Below are positions 37,286-47,245 of a stretch of DNA of 64,000 nucleotides, in pieces. The stretch is from Gemmatales bacterium (GTDB lineage Bacteria; Planctomycetota; Planctomycetia; Gemmatales; HRBIN36), in assembly GCA_039809045.1 (NCBI GenBank), contig JBDHUG010000001.1:1-64000 (forward strand), read 5' to 3'. Below the pieces are notes generated by a model. That model was not told where the DNA came from. It made no database searches and saw nothing but the letters and a program-made list of their open reading frames with translations. The first letter of the stretch is position 1. Each line of letters opens with the position of its first letter. Made by a program: the position numbers and the translations under genes.

Positions 37286-40200
37286 TTACGCTAATCGCAA
37301 CAATTTACGCGCAAGCCATTCAAATCCTAATAAGCACATTCCGAATACGAGCACCCAGGAAATACCGCTGGCCTGGTCGGGATCGTCCAAATGGCCAAAT
37401 ACCGTGATGCCCTTATCCCAAATATCCTTCGCTTTCCCTTCCGTTCTGAAAGTGATAATGTTGGTATCCAAACACTCAGCGATCCAAGGAGCCGTGGTTA
37501 CGTCAAAAAAGAGGCGCTCTTCATTCTCGTTGGATGGTTGAACGTTTTTTTTGCTCAAGGATTCTTCCTCATTCAATAGCAGCATGGTTTGCCGCGATTG
37601 TTGCAAGGCAGCCTGAAACGCTTGGCGTTTGCTCGGGTCCAATAAGGAAATCTCTTTGTGGCTGCTGGCTAATTTGTATAGCCAGTTGAAATCAGGCCGG
37701 GGGTCATCGCGCTCCGGGTCAGCAGCTTCAACTTTATATCGAGCTTGCAATCGTTCGCTAGAACCTGGAATCGCCAGCTCCAATCGGTATTTGCCGATCC
37801 GACCTGCTGCGAACCGGAACAAGAACTTACCTGGCGTGCCGATGATTTCAGGCTCGGTGCGCAGCCGCGGTTGTGTCAGCAAACCGTGGATGTAATTTTC
37901 CCATTCAGAGGGGGTTGGCTCAGTTTTGACTTTATCTTTGGTGTTGAGATCGCTCAGCCAATAACGACGAGCCACCGTGCGCAAGCCTTCATCCCGAACT
38001 GATTGTGGTTTGACTTCCTTGCCTTCATCGAGAGGTATGACTTTAAGAATCATGTCGCCAACAAATTCTGCGCGTGACAATGGATTCAAGGTAGCATCCA
38101 ATAATTCGACTTCAACGGAAACGGTTTCACCTTCCGTAAAGCGGTTGCCGACCACCATCATGCCGCGTGCCGATTCGCGTTTACCCATGTAGCGCAGCAG
38201 TTTGGTCCAAAAGCGTTCGTGAAACATTTCGCTGAACTGCCGCAAGCGGTACGTTTCACCTGATCCGATGTAAAAGACAGGCCCTTTGCCAAATTTCGAC
38301 ATGACAAAGAAGGGTTGTTTCTGTCCATTGGGGGTCAGTGCCTTGGCATCGGGGTCGCCAAAGCGGGCCAAGACGGCGGTGCCAGGTTTGGCTTCCATTA
38401 GTGGGAAAAAGCTGTAAAACCCTCGGCGGGCTGGGCCTTCCGCCTGACCTGTTTCAGGGTTGCGGTTGACGTCAAAATAGAACTCCCAACCTTCCAAGGC
38501 TCGTGAAGGATTATTGAGATCGGTTAAGTCAAGAAAAGGCATGTTGGCTGCGGCTGGTTCCCAATTCAAGGCAAAGGGAACTTTGACCTGGCGATCGATT
38601 TGCAGGACGGAACTTGCGGTGTCGTCGAGTTGAACGGGATAAAGCTGCCTGATGATGTTCAATTCGGGGTCGCGTGCCAATGCGAAAGTATGCACAGGAC
38701 CTGCAATGAAAATCAAGCCTCCCCCCATTTGTTCCACCCATCGTTGCAAATGGGCTTGGGGGGATGGCTTGTCACCCGCGCCCAGATGGGGGACCAATTT
38801 CCAGTCGATGTCGAAAGCAATAATGACATCGTAATTTCCCAAATTCATGGGGTCGGCATCGCGATCGCGCAGGTCAGTGGGAAATTTCGTGAGCAATCGT
38901 TTCGGGTCGATGTCCTGAACGGTGCCCGGTTGTGCGCTTTGCAGATAAATAGCCAAATCAAACTTATCAGGTTCACGCGTCAATAAGGAGCGAACAAATT
39001 GATATTCGCGCGAAGGACCAGAAGCGATAAGCAAAACGGAGAGTTTACGATCCTCGACTTTGACAATGGTCGGTTCAGGAGTTGCGTTGTCGGCCCGTGT
39101 GCGCTCGCCACGCATGGCTTCGACCCAAGCGGTCAGCTTCCAGTCCCCTTTCAATCGTTCTGGGTTCGTGACGCGAAATTCCGCTGCTCCGCGTGTTGTG
39201 CGGCCTGGGCCAGGAGTTAAACGAACGGACTGCTTCTTATCTTCCGGCGGGCCATTCGGTTTCTCAATGCGCAGATGAACGTTGACGGGTTGGCCTGCTT
39301 GTAAATGCTCGCCACCAAGGGCCACCCGAACGGGGAATTCATCTTCGGGCTGAATGCGGCTAGGGGCCAGGAGATCGACTATCCGCAAATTGGGCGTTTG
39401 TGATCGTTGTCCGATGCCAACCGTGAAAATCGGAATTTTCTCTTTACGTGCAAGATCGATAGCGTCTTGCCAATCCTGTTCGGATCCTGATGTACGCAGG
39501 CCGTCGCTGAACAGGATAACGCCTTGAATATGATTGGTGGATTCCTTGCGCAGCAACTCACGCAAGGCGGCGCCGGGATTGGTGCGATTGAGGAGACGAT
39601 CCAGCTTTTGCTGCCGATCGAACAAACTTTTTTCCAGATTGTCCGCCAATTCCAGTTCACGTTGTTCGGGCAACGCTTGCTCCGGCTTCCATGATCGGGC
39701 AATGCGAACAAATTCGCCCACCAGGTCCGGCGGAATCCACATATCCAACGAGGGACGCAAAGGTGGTTCGAGATGATACATCCATTCTGTGTTGGTTAAC
39801 TTTGAACCCTCCTGTAAACGCCAGGGTACTGGATCCAACAATTCGCCGAAGCGATAACAGAGGATGGGATTCTTTTCCAGCAGCCTGGTCAGCAAGGGTT
39901 TGCTACGATTGGAAGTTGGCCCTTTGTTGCTGCTCGTCGGCGTTGGTTGCGTGGCGTTGGCGATTTCGGCGTTTGCTGGATTCGATGCAACGGCATTTTG
40001 GGTCGTCGTTAGCAGATCGATGAGGATTTCTTGACGAGAGCGTCGTAAGGGTTCGGGCAATTCGGGGACGGAATCATCACTGGTTTGCATGCTGGCGGAG
40101 ACATCGAGCAGCATCAATACCTTGGACTGTTGGCGGCTGTATTCAATTTGCCGCATGGCAGGCAGTAGCCATACAGTGAAAATCAGCACGTAAAACAGAA

Positions 40201-40417
40201 TGCGGCACGTTGCCAACGCCAAAGACCACACTTTGCCTATGGTTTTGCTTTCTTTCAGGTACGTACGAATCGACCATATCAAAACGAAGAGGAGAATTGG
40301 AACGGCAATTGCCAGCCACCATCGTGGCTCAAAAGGCATTGAGCGGCCAAACAATTCGGCTGGCTCCTCCAGTCGCCGCCAAATGAATTCCATTTGTTGT
40401 TCAGACGATTGCATCAT
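37286..40417 (-). CDS. Membrane-anchored vWA-domain protein (1043 aa), BatB-like
   Basis: N-terminal TM helices, then a MIDAS-like motif VLMLLDVSASMQTSDD (DxSxS) and a second Rossmann-like region (class-I glutamine-amidotransferase-like / DUF4159-type). It lies 16 bp upstream of the next gene. Confidence 0.7.
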   Translation of the reverse strand: MMQSSEQQMEFIWRRLEEPAELFGRSMPFEPRWWLAIAVPILLFVLIWSIRTYLKESKTIGKVWSLALATCRILFYVLIFTVWLLPAMRQIEYSRQQSKVLMLLDVSASMQTSDDSVPELPEPLRRSRQEILIDLLTTTQNAVASNPANAEIANATQPTPTSSNKGPTSNRSKPLLTRLLEKNPILCYRFGELLDPVPWRLQEGSKLTNTEWMYHLEPPLRPSLDMWIPPDLVGEFVRIARSWKPEQALPEQRELELADNLEKSLFDRQQKLDRLLNRTNPGAALRELLRKESTNHIQGVILFSDGLRTSGSEQDWQDAIDLARKEKIPIFTVGIGQRSQTPNLRIVDLLAPSRIQPEDEFPVRVALGGEHLQAGQPVNVHLRIEKPNGPPEDKKQSVRLTPGPGRTTRGAAEFRVTNPERLKGDWKLTAWVEAMRGERTRADNATPEPTIVKVEDRKLSVLLIASGPSREYQFVRSLLTREPDKFDLAIYLQSAQPGTVQDIDPKRLLTKFPTDLRDRDADPMNLGNYDVIIAFDIDWKLVPHLGAGDKPSPQAHLQRWVEQMGGGLIFIAGPVHTFALARDPELNIIRQLYPVQLDDTASSVLQIDRQVKVPFALNWEPAAANMPFLDLTDLNNPSRALEGWEFYFDVNRNPETGQAEGPARRGFYSFFPLMEAKPGTAVLARFGDPDAKALTPNGQKQPFFVMSKFGKGPVFYIGSGETYRLRQFSEMFHERFWTKLLRYMGKRESARGMMVVGNRFTEGETVSVEVELLDATLNPLSRAEFVGDMILKVIPLDEGKEVKPQSVRDEGLRTVARRYWLSDLNTKDKVKTEPTPSEWENYIHGLLTQPRLRTEPEIIGTPGKFLFRFAAGRIGKYRLELAIPGSSERLQARYKVEAADPERDDPRPDFNWLYKLASSHKEISLLDPSKRQAFQAALQQSRQTMLLLNEEESLSKKNVQPSNENEERLFFDVTTAPWIAECLDTNIITFRTEGKAKDIWDKGITVFGHLDDPDQASGISWVLVFGMCLLGFEWLARKLLRLA

Positions 40418-40508
40418 GGGTCTTTTCTATTGTTGGTTTATGTCTTGCTTGCGTCATTGCTGTCCACGTTAGCTGAGGCGTTTGATCTCGGGCGATACTC
40501 ACAGAATT

Positions 40509-43439
40509 TCAATGCGGAGGGGTTTTCACATGATGACTGAACTTCATGGCCATCCATTGTTCAAGCCCCAGCAGCAGAAGAAAGAGCAACAGAACCATCG
40601 AATAATCTGACCAGGAGTTGTTTTTCACGACTTCCTGAGTATCGGTTTGCAATGGATCCATCGCAAACCAGTTACGATTCTGCACCCACACTTGTGCTTC
40701 GGTCAGCGACAATTTGGTGTTACCTTGGTGCAGGCCTTGGACCATTTGTTCGCGAAAATCCGCTTCCGAAATACGGGATAAATCACCTTCAACACGGCCG
40801 TCCACGTTAAAGGCCAGGGGCCATTCTTCCGGTGGTGCTTTTCCGGACGCGATCTGCGGATCCAACAGTGATTCACCTTCCTTCACGGTTGGAGTTGAAC
40901 CGTCTGGTTTTGGCTGGTTCAAGCGCAGGCGATACAAACCAGGTCCACGAATCGCATCGATTTTCGCTTGCCATTCTTGGCCATTCGGTTGACCGCGAGC
41001 GGGTACGCTCTCGGCTAAAATCACGTTGACCCGTTCGGCACGGGATTGATCGTCTGGTTGATACCAGACCTCCACTTCGGGTTGATAACGCTGCTTATCG
41101 AGCCGAAGCATATAGGTTGTTCCTACGGATTGGCTAAGGTCACGCTCGCCTGTGACGCGTGACAATGCGGTCAGATAGCTCTGTATGCTGAGCATGAGGG
41201 GAACGAAAAAGAACTCACCAAGATCACCGCTGGCAAGTGTGTTCCACGTGTAGTCTTTTCCTCGAATGGGCGTGGGGGCCAAGGGCGTCAGCAGGACGAG
41301 TACATGCCCTTGAGCAACGCCCTTGCCTGCTTTGGCTTCCACAAGTAATGGGTCTCCTTGTTGCAGATTGGCGATGAACTTTTCGACCTGTTGCTTGATG
41401 TCGGCATGTGCGGTATCGTTCCAAAAAGCCGTTAAACTTGCATCCGCCAACAAGCCGTTTAACGCCTCAAGCAAGGGGCCTTTTTGCCGGCGGCGCTCTT
41501 GGGCATTGGCGACGGCTTCCTTGAGGTTGTTGGCGTGTACCATAAGTTTGCTGGACTCATTCGAGCGTAGCAACCGCAAGTTTTCCGCAAGAGCCAGGGC
41601 ATCATCCCGGTATAGCTCCAATGGGCGACGATTGGTCAATTGCATCAATACCTGCGCATCTGTCCCCGGTTGCCAAGCAGGGTCGATGCGAAAATAGCGA
41701 TTGACAATCAAATAGCGGCCTAAAATGTCAACCAAATCGCCTTCAAAGGGAAGCACTGGGTGGCCCAGCTTGACAAAACGAACTTTAGGCGAAGTGTCAC
41801 GCTCATCTGGTGCTTCATCAATAAACGTGGAAGTGCTGCGGCCATCCGGATCAGGGCGTATGAGCAACGGAGCCGGGAACAGGCCTTCACCTTTGCGATA
41901 GAGGTGTTCATTAAAACTGATAACGTTCGTGCGCGGGCCAAGACCAAAGAAAACAGAACCACCTGAATGGACATACCGTTCCAGGAGAGCGACAGCCTCG
42001 GGATCGAGGTCGGCATCTCCTTTGCCCACACCGGCGATATTGAGCAGATAAATGACAGGGAATGTTTGCAAGTCTGTTCGCTTCATTAAATCACGCGGTC
42101 CAATGCGTTCGACGCGTAAACCGGTCCGAGGGCTGCCGGTGAAGGCTGCGCTAATGAAAAAGCTATCGGGTGTCGCATCGCGATTGTTAAAATCCGGATC
42201 GATTATCAGCACAGGCAGGTCGCGTCGTAGTTCGACAAAAGTAAAAAACTGGTTATCTGGTAGCAAGTGATCGCGTTGTTCAGACTCTTCAAGTCGAACT
42301 TGAATCGGTTTGAGCCCCAAGGGTTCTTCGGAGGGAAACTCCAGATTCACAACCACCAGTCGTTCTTCTTTGCTGCCGAGCCGGTCGATCAATCGTTGTG
42401 CCCGCTCGACGCCGCCGATGTTGATGTGCAAGATGATCTGTCGTTGCTCCGCTTCGCTGTAATTTTTAACCTGCACATACAGGTCAAAGGGCAAACGTGG
42501 CGTTACCATGCGCATGGGGATATCAAAGGCCGCGGAGGCTGGGCTGGACGAGCTATCGGCGCGTCGGCGCGGTTTCACCACTGCTTGCAGGATGCCGACG
42601 TTGGCATGGCCTGCCGGGATTTCAGCCGGGTTGGGCGAACGCGTGGGTTTGGCTACATCATGCAAGCGTATTTTTGTTTTCAATGTGCGGGCCAATTGGG
42701 CAAGCGTTTGCCGCATCTCCTCGGCCGATGCATTCATCCAATCGACACGCCGAAAGTCACTGATGATGTGCAAATAGCGGTTGCCCTCTTTAACACGCTC
42801 CAGGATTTGAGCTGCCTGCTTGACGCTGGCCATGGGGGGGATCGGCAAAAAGGTGCATCGGCTGGTTTCAAGACGCTCTTTCAAGGCCGTTAAATCTTTG
42901 ACTGTGAGCTGCTGCCCCAGAATGGATGGCGGTTCGCCCACAGCGTTGGCGTCCGTGATCGCTTTGCCGATTTCAGGATGCAAGGGATCGGAGAAGCGCA
43001 GAATATGCCAATAATGGACGCCACCCTGATCAAGCTGGCTTTGACCTAGCTCGGCAATCAATTTGATGGCAGAACGATAGGTGGTACCTGCTTCCGGAGT
43101 GCGAGCGTCGAGCAGATCCTGCATGCTGAGGGAATCGTCCAAGAGCAGGACATGATGATTGGGCCAATCCGCCGACCGGCCAGCGTCTCCCAGCAACCAA
43201 GTGGGTCGGGCAATCAAGCCAACAACCAATGCCACCAACAAGCACCGCGTGGCCAAGAGCAGAAGTTGTTCAATAATCAGTTTGCGTTGATTGCGCTTTT
43301 GGGATTTGAGCAGAAACTCCATGGCAGCAAAACGCACGCGTCGGTAGCGCAGACGATTGAGCAAGTGGATGATGATGGGGACGCTGATCGCGAGCAAACC
43401 CCACCAGGCCAATGGATTCAATGCAGCTTCAAACATCAA
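40509..43439 (-). CDS. BatA-like protein with an N-terminal double-transmembrane anchor (976 aa)
   Basis: MMFEAALNPLAWWGLLAISVPIIIHLLNRLRYRRV...LLLLATRCLLVALVVGLIARP is the characteristic N-terminal double-TM domain of BatA-family proteins (TIGR02226-type). A large periplasmic region follows. Confidence 0.75.
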   Translation of the reverse strand: MMFEAALNPLAWWGLLAISVPIIIHLLNRLRYRRVRFAAMEFLLKSQKRNQRKLIIEQLLLLATRCLLVALVVGLIARPTWLLGDAGRSADWPNHHVLLLDDSLSMQDLLDARTPEAGTTYRSAIKLIAELGQSQLDQGGVHYWHILRFSDPLHPEIGKAITDANAVGEPPSILGQQLTVKDLTALKERLETSRCTFLPIPPMASVKQAAQILERVKEGNRYLHIISDFRRVDWMNASAEEMRQTLAQLARTLKTKIRLHDVAKPTRSPNPAEIPAGHANVGILQAVVKPRRRADSSSSPASAAFDIPMRMVTPRLPFDLYVQVKNYSEAEQRQIILHINIGGVERAQRLIDRLGSKEERLVVVNLEFPSEEPLGLKPIQVRLEESEQRDHLLPDNQFFTFVELRRDLPVLIIDPDFNNRDATPDSFFISAAFTGSPRTGLRVERIGPRDLMKRTDLQTFPVIYLLNIAGVGKGDADLDPEAVALLERYVHSGGSVFFGLGPRTNVISFNEHLYRKGEGLFPAPLLIRPDPDGRSTSTFIDEAPDERDTSPKVRFVKLGHPVLPFEGDLVDILGRYLIVNRYFRIDPAWQPGTDAQVLMQLTNRRPLELYRDDALALAENLRLLRSNESSKLMVHANNLKEAVANAQERRRQKGPLLEALNGLLADASLTAFWNDTAHADIKQQVEKFIANLQQGDPLLVEAKAGKGVAQGHVLVLLTPLAPTPIRGKDYTWNTLASGDLGEFFFVPLMLSIQSYLTALSRVTGERDLSQSVGTTYMLRLDKQRYQPEVEVWYQPDDQSRAERVNVILAESVPARGQPNGQEWQAKIDAIRGPGLYRLRLNQPKPDGSTPTVKEGESLLDPQIASGKAPPEEWPLAFNVDGRVEGDLSRISEADFREQMVQGLHQGNTKLSLTEAQVWVQNRNWFAMDPLQTDTQEVVKNNSWSDYSMVLLLFLLLLGLEQWMAMKFSHHVKTPPH

Positions 43440-43493
43440 TCCGACGATGCCTCTTCATGAGTTGGATAGTCGAAATTCAAGACGTATTCCAGC

Positions 43494-43694
43494 TTACGCC
43501 GATGGTTTGTCGATTTTCTTGCCATAGTATCGCTCAATCTCTTCAGCGGTCATTTTGACGGTGTCCGGAATGGGATTGGCTTTCGGTTGAGCGGTAAACT
43601 CGGATTGGCAGCCTGGGCATTTCACTTTGCGGCCAATGGCCTTATCAGGGGCGTTGTACGATCGATGACAATGCGGACACATGATACTCGGCAT
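43494..43694 (-). CDS. Small zinc-ribbon protein
   Basis: CPHCHRSYN...CPGCQSEF form a C4 zinc ribbon. The 66-aa ORF sits between the DUF58 and BatA-like genes on the same strand. Confidence 0.5.
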   Translation of the reverse strand: MPSIMCPHCHRSYNAPDKAIGRKVKCPGCQSEFTAQPKANPIPDTVKMTAEEIERYYGKKIDKPSA

Positions 43695-43786
43695 GATCCA
43701 GTTCTCCTGTTAGTGCGATCCAGTGCAGCCTGCTCCGCCTCTTGTAACGAACCAACGCAAGCATCTTCCATTTAACGATCCATGAG

Positions 43787-44728
43787 TTAGCGTTTACCCT
43801 TAAACGCCATACGCGCCGATAAAAACTTGCTTAACATGGCATCCAGATAGTCGGCCGTGCTCACGAGCATGTAGTCGATGCCGCGGCGTGAACAACCGCG
43901 CCGCACCTCCACCAGAAACTCCTGCAAGGCTTCAAGGTAGCCATTGCGTAAGGCTTTGGGATCGCAAATCAAATCGGGTTGCTCTTCCATGCCCTCGAAT
44001 TTGGTCGTTCCCTCGAAGGGAAATTGCAATTCGGATTCGTCCATCACATGGAAGACTAAAATGTCGTGGTGCCGGTGTACCAGCATATCCAGGCCGCGGA
44101 AAAAGGCGGCTCGATCCGTGAGTAAATCAGAAATCAGGATCATCATGCCGCGCTGGGGAATGCTGTCGGTGACCCGGCGCAGAATCATCTCCATATCGGT
44201 TTTTTCACGAGGGCGCGAGACATCCATCGCTTTGATGATGGCGTCCAGGTGCGTCTGCTGGCTGCGCGGCGGGATGATTTGCCTTGGGGCTTTATCAAAG
44301 GTAATGCAGCCCACGGCGTCTTGTTGCCGCAACAGCAAATAAGCCAGGCAGGCCGCAATCGTGCAGCCATAAGCATATTTGTTGAGCGGTCCCGAGCCAT
44401 ATTGCATCGATTCGCTGACATCCACAATCAAATGGCAGCGTAAATTGGTTTCTTCTTCATATTGCTTGACAACGAAACGATCGGTGCGCGACCAGACTTT
44501 CCAATCCAGGTGGCGAATGTCATCGCCGGGGGTATATTCGCGGTGCTGCACAAACTCGACGGAATGCCCAAAGAAAGGACTTTGATGCATGCCTGAAATA
44601 AAACCTTCAACGACGTGGCGAGCGCGTAGATCGAGACGTGAAATCCGCGCAATGGTTTTAGGGTCCAGAAACCGCCGCGCTTCCTGGGTTGATCCAGAAC
44701 TACTACCGCCAGGCAATGATTTTGCCAT
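43787..44728 (-). CDS. DUF58 protein (vWA-like, MoxR partner)
   Basis: DUF58 core FFGHSVEFVQHREYTPGDDIRHLDWKVWSRTDRFVVKQYEEETNLRCHLIVDVSESM lies immediately downstream of the MoxR ATPase, the classic MoxR-DUF58 pairing. Confidence 0.85.
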   Translation of the reverse strand: MAKSLPGGSSSGSTQEARRFLDPKTIARISRLDLRARHVVEGFISGMHQSPFFGHSVEFVQHREYTPGDDIRHLDWKVWSRTDRFVVKQYEEETNLRCHLIVDVSESMQYGSGPLNKYAYGCTIAACLAYLLLRQQDAVGCITFDKAPRQIIPPRSQQTHLDAIIKAMDVSRPREKTDMEMILRRVTDSIPQRGMMILISDLLTDRAAFFRGLDMLVHRHHDILVFHVMDESELQFPFEGTTKFEGMEEQPDLICDPKALRNGYLEALQEFLVEVRRGCSRRGIDYMLVSTADYLDAMLSKFLSARMAFKGKR

Positions 44729-44785
44729 GCCGTCTCCATTGCTTGAGGATTCGCCGCTGCATTTCTGGGCCGGTCATGGGCCTGC

Positions 44786-45862
44786 TTACGTTGCAAAGAT
44801 TTTCTGAAACCTTGGATCTTGAGTCAGCTCGCTTTCGCGGGCCGGTGTCACTTCCACCAACTTTTGCACGACGGTGTCGCTGGTGACGCCTTCCGAGGCC
44901 GCCGTGAAATTGGTCAGCAGCCGATGACGCAACACCGGCAAGGCCAGGGCTTGCAAATCCTCGGTTTGTACATGGGTTCGACCATAAAGCAAGGCGCGGG
45001 CCTTTGCGCCCAAGATCAAGTATTGCACTGCCCGCGGCCCTGCTCCCCAGGCCAGCCATTCCGAAATAAAGTCGGGAATGCCTGGTTGACCGACCCGTGT
45101 CTGCCGGACCAAGGCCAGCGTGTAATTGACCAAATGATCACTGATCGGCACCCGTCGAACCAATTGTTGCAATTCCAGAATTTGCCCGCCCGATAGCACA
45201 GGCTTCAACTCTTCGGCTTGGCCCGAAGTCGTCCGACGAGCGATTTCAAATTCTTCCTTGAAGCTTGGGTAATTCACAAAAATCTTGAACATGAAGCGGT
45301 CTTGCTGGGCTTCGGGCAAGGGATAGGTGCCTTCCTGCTCGATAGGATTCTGCGTGGCCAACACAAAGAACGGATCGGGTAGTTGGTGCCGATTGCGGCC
45401 GACAGTCACTTGCCGCTCCTGCATGGCTTCGAGCAGTGCCGCTTGCGTTTTGGGTGGTGTACGGTTGATTTCGTCTGCCAGAATCACGCTCGCAAACAAC
45501 GGCCCTTGCAGGAATTTGAATTCGCGCTGACCCGTGGTACGGTTTTCTTGAATGACTTCCGTCCCGGTGATGTCGCTGGGCATCAAGTCGGGTGTGAATT
45601 GGATGCGACTGAATTCCAGAGACAAGCAACGCGCCAACGTGCTGATCATCAAGGTTTTAGCCAAACCGGGCACCCCTTCGAGGATGCAATGACCTCGGCT
45701 AAACAAGGAGATCAACAATTGCTCAATCACCGCATCTTGGCCAACGATGACTTTGCTGAGATGTTGCTTGATATCGTGAAATGCTTCTTGAAGACGTTTG
45801 ACCGAGTTCAGATCATCAGATCCAAAAGTTTCGCCGGTCGTCTGATTTTTGACGTCCGCCAT
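44786..45862 (-). CDS. MoxR-family AAA+ ATPase
   Basis: [40 protein letters not shown] (Walker A), [29 protein letters not shown] (Walker B and sensor), and the MoxR-specific C-terminal domain. Confidence 0.9.
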   Translation of the reverse strand: MADVKNQTTGETFGSDDLNSVKRLQEAFHDIKQHLSKVIVGQDAVIEQLLISLFSRGHCILEGVPGLAKTLMISTLARCLSLEFSRIQFTPDLMPSDITGTEVIQENRTTGQREFKFLQGPLFASVILADEINRTPPKTQAALLEAMQERQVTVGRNRHQLPDPFFVLATQNPIEQEGTYPLPEAQQDRFMFKIFVNYPSFKEEFEIARRTTSGQAEELKPVLSGGQILELQQLVRRVPISDHLVNYTLALVRQTRVGQPGIPDFISEWLAWGAGPRAVQYLILGAKARALLYGRTHVQTEDLQALALPVLRHRLLTNFTAASEGVTSDTVVQKLVEVTPARESELTQDPRFQKIFAT

Positions 45863-45976
45863 ATGGTGCCTTTCATCCTAAATAACATTCCTTGGGAACG
45901 ATCCGTTGGCTTTCATCAAGGTTGACCTGTGTTCGTCAATCCATCCCTGCTATTTATTTTAGCAAAAGCGTGTCGA

Positions 45977-47167
45977 TCAACGCTGGTAGATCGGCACATT
46001 CCCCTTATCCAACTGCATCATAATCAAGTACAGCGCCGTGGTATAGACAGGACCGACCTGGTTATGACTCCATGAGCCATCCGCGTTTTGCTTACGAATG
46101 AGAATATCAAAGATCGATTCTCGGTAGCGGCTCCATTTCAGCAGCTTGTCGTCGGGCAAGTCAGGCCGCATTTTCGCATGGCGGTCATCGCCGAGCGTGT
46201 ACAGAACCTGTGCGTAATAAAAATGGGTATATTCCCATTGGCGAAACACGTCGTTGTTATCACTGGAGGAAATCGGAATCATGCGTTGGCAGTAATTCAG
46301 CCATTTCACGGCCAGGTCGGACTCGTACTCGCCCGCGGAAAACATGCAGGCTATGCCGGCCGCCGTTAAAGGGGGCCGCTGCATTTCTTGTCTTTGCTGC
46401 AAGCTGTAAACGACAGCGGCTTCCTCTTTGCGTGGATCTGTTTCGCGACGAACAATGACCGTGCTTTTGCGCAAATATTCCTTGGCTTTCTCGATGATTT
46501 CATGAGCTACGGGAATGCCGGCATTTTTGGCTGCTCGGAGTGCTTGTAACTGCGTGATCGTGACCGAGCCTTCATCAAAATCCTGACCCTCCTGGGCGGT
46601 CAAATAACCCCAACCACCGAGCTTGGTTTGCGCCTTGCCGATGAAATCAACAGCACCGGTCAGCACTTTTTCCAATTCGCGCCGGCGAAATTCATCGCTT
46701 TCCTCGCCGTAGACCTGCGAAAGAAAGAGCGTGGCGAATCCATGTCCGTACATATAGCGGTACTGTTCGCGTTGATAATTCGGGTTGCCGATCATGCCCG
46801 TTTTCTTTTGCACCCGGGTCAGCAGGAAATCCACGGCTTTGTCGATGTTTTCGGCATAGCGGCCTTGACGGATGGTGCTGCCCTCTGCCAAAAAAGCCAG
46901 GCCGGCCAAAGCCGTCATGGCGATCGGATAATGCCCCTCATTGGCTTCCCAGTGACCATCCCGCTTTTGTTGCTGAGCCAGCCAAGCCAAGCCACGATCG
47001 ATATGCGGTTGATTTTTTTGCAATAATCGCTGTGTGCGTTCGTCGATGGCGGACGTTCGACCTGATTCTTTAGCTTGGGTTGGCTTGGCATCTTGCGGCC
47101 ATCCGAAAGCACCACTCCAGATGCCGGCCAACAAACTAATGGTCAGAATGACGGCTCGTTTTTGCAT
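45977..47167 (-). CDS. Secreted alpha/alpha-toroid protein (prenyltransferase/squalene-oxidase repeat family), paralogue A
   Basis: A signal peptide, then repeated DGHW / GGWGY / QxxDGSW-type motifs typical of terpenoid-cyclase/prenyltransferase beta-subunit-like toroids. About 80% identical in protein to the gene immediately upstream. Confidence 0.7.
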   Translation of the reverse strand: MQKRAVILTISLLAGIWSGAFGWPQDAKPTQAKESGRTSAIDERTQRLLQKNQPHIDRGLAWLAQQQKRDGHWEANEGHYPIAMTALAGLAFLAEGSTIRQGRYAENIDKAVDFLLTRVQKKTGMIGNPNYQREQYRYMYGHGFATLFLSQVYGEESDEFRRRELEKVLTGAVDFIGKAQTKLGGWGYLTAQEGQDFDEGSVTITQLQALRAAKNAGIPVAHEIIEKAKEYLRKSTVIVRRETDPRKEEAAVVYSLQQRQEMQRPPLTAAGIACMFSAGEYESDLAVKWLNYCQRMIPISSSDNNDVFRQWEYTHFYYAQVLYTLGDDRHAKMRPDLPDDKLLKWSRYRESIFDILIRKQNADGSWSHNQVGPVYTTALYLIMMQLDKGNVPIYQR

Positions 47168-47245
47168 TTTTTAATCCATGAGCAAAGGCGGTTGATCCTG
47201 CGGGTTGCGAGCCTGATCTATTCTTTCTCTTTTAACTCTGAAGCG

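Noticed and set aside
44185-45059. ORFs overlapping the MoxR/DUF58 junction (44428-44796 and 44703-45059, minus strand, other frames)
   Set aside because: They overlap the strongly supported MoxR and DUF58 frames, so they are probably spurious.
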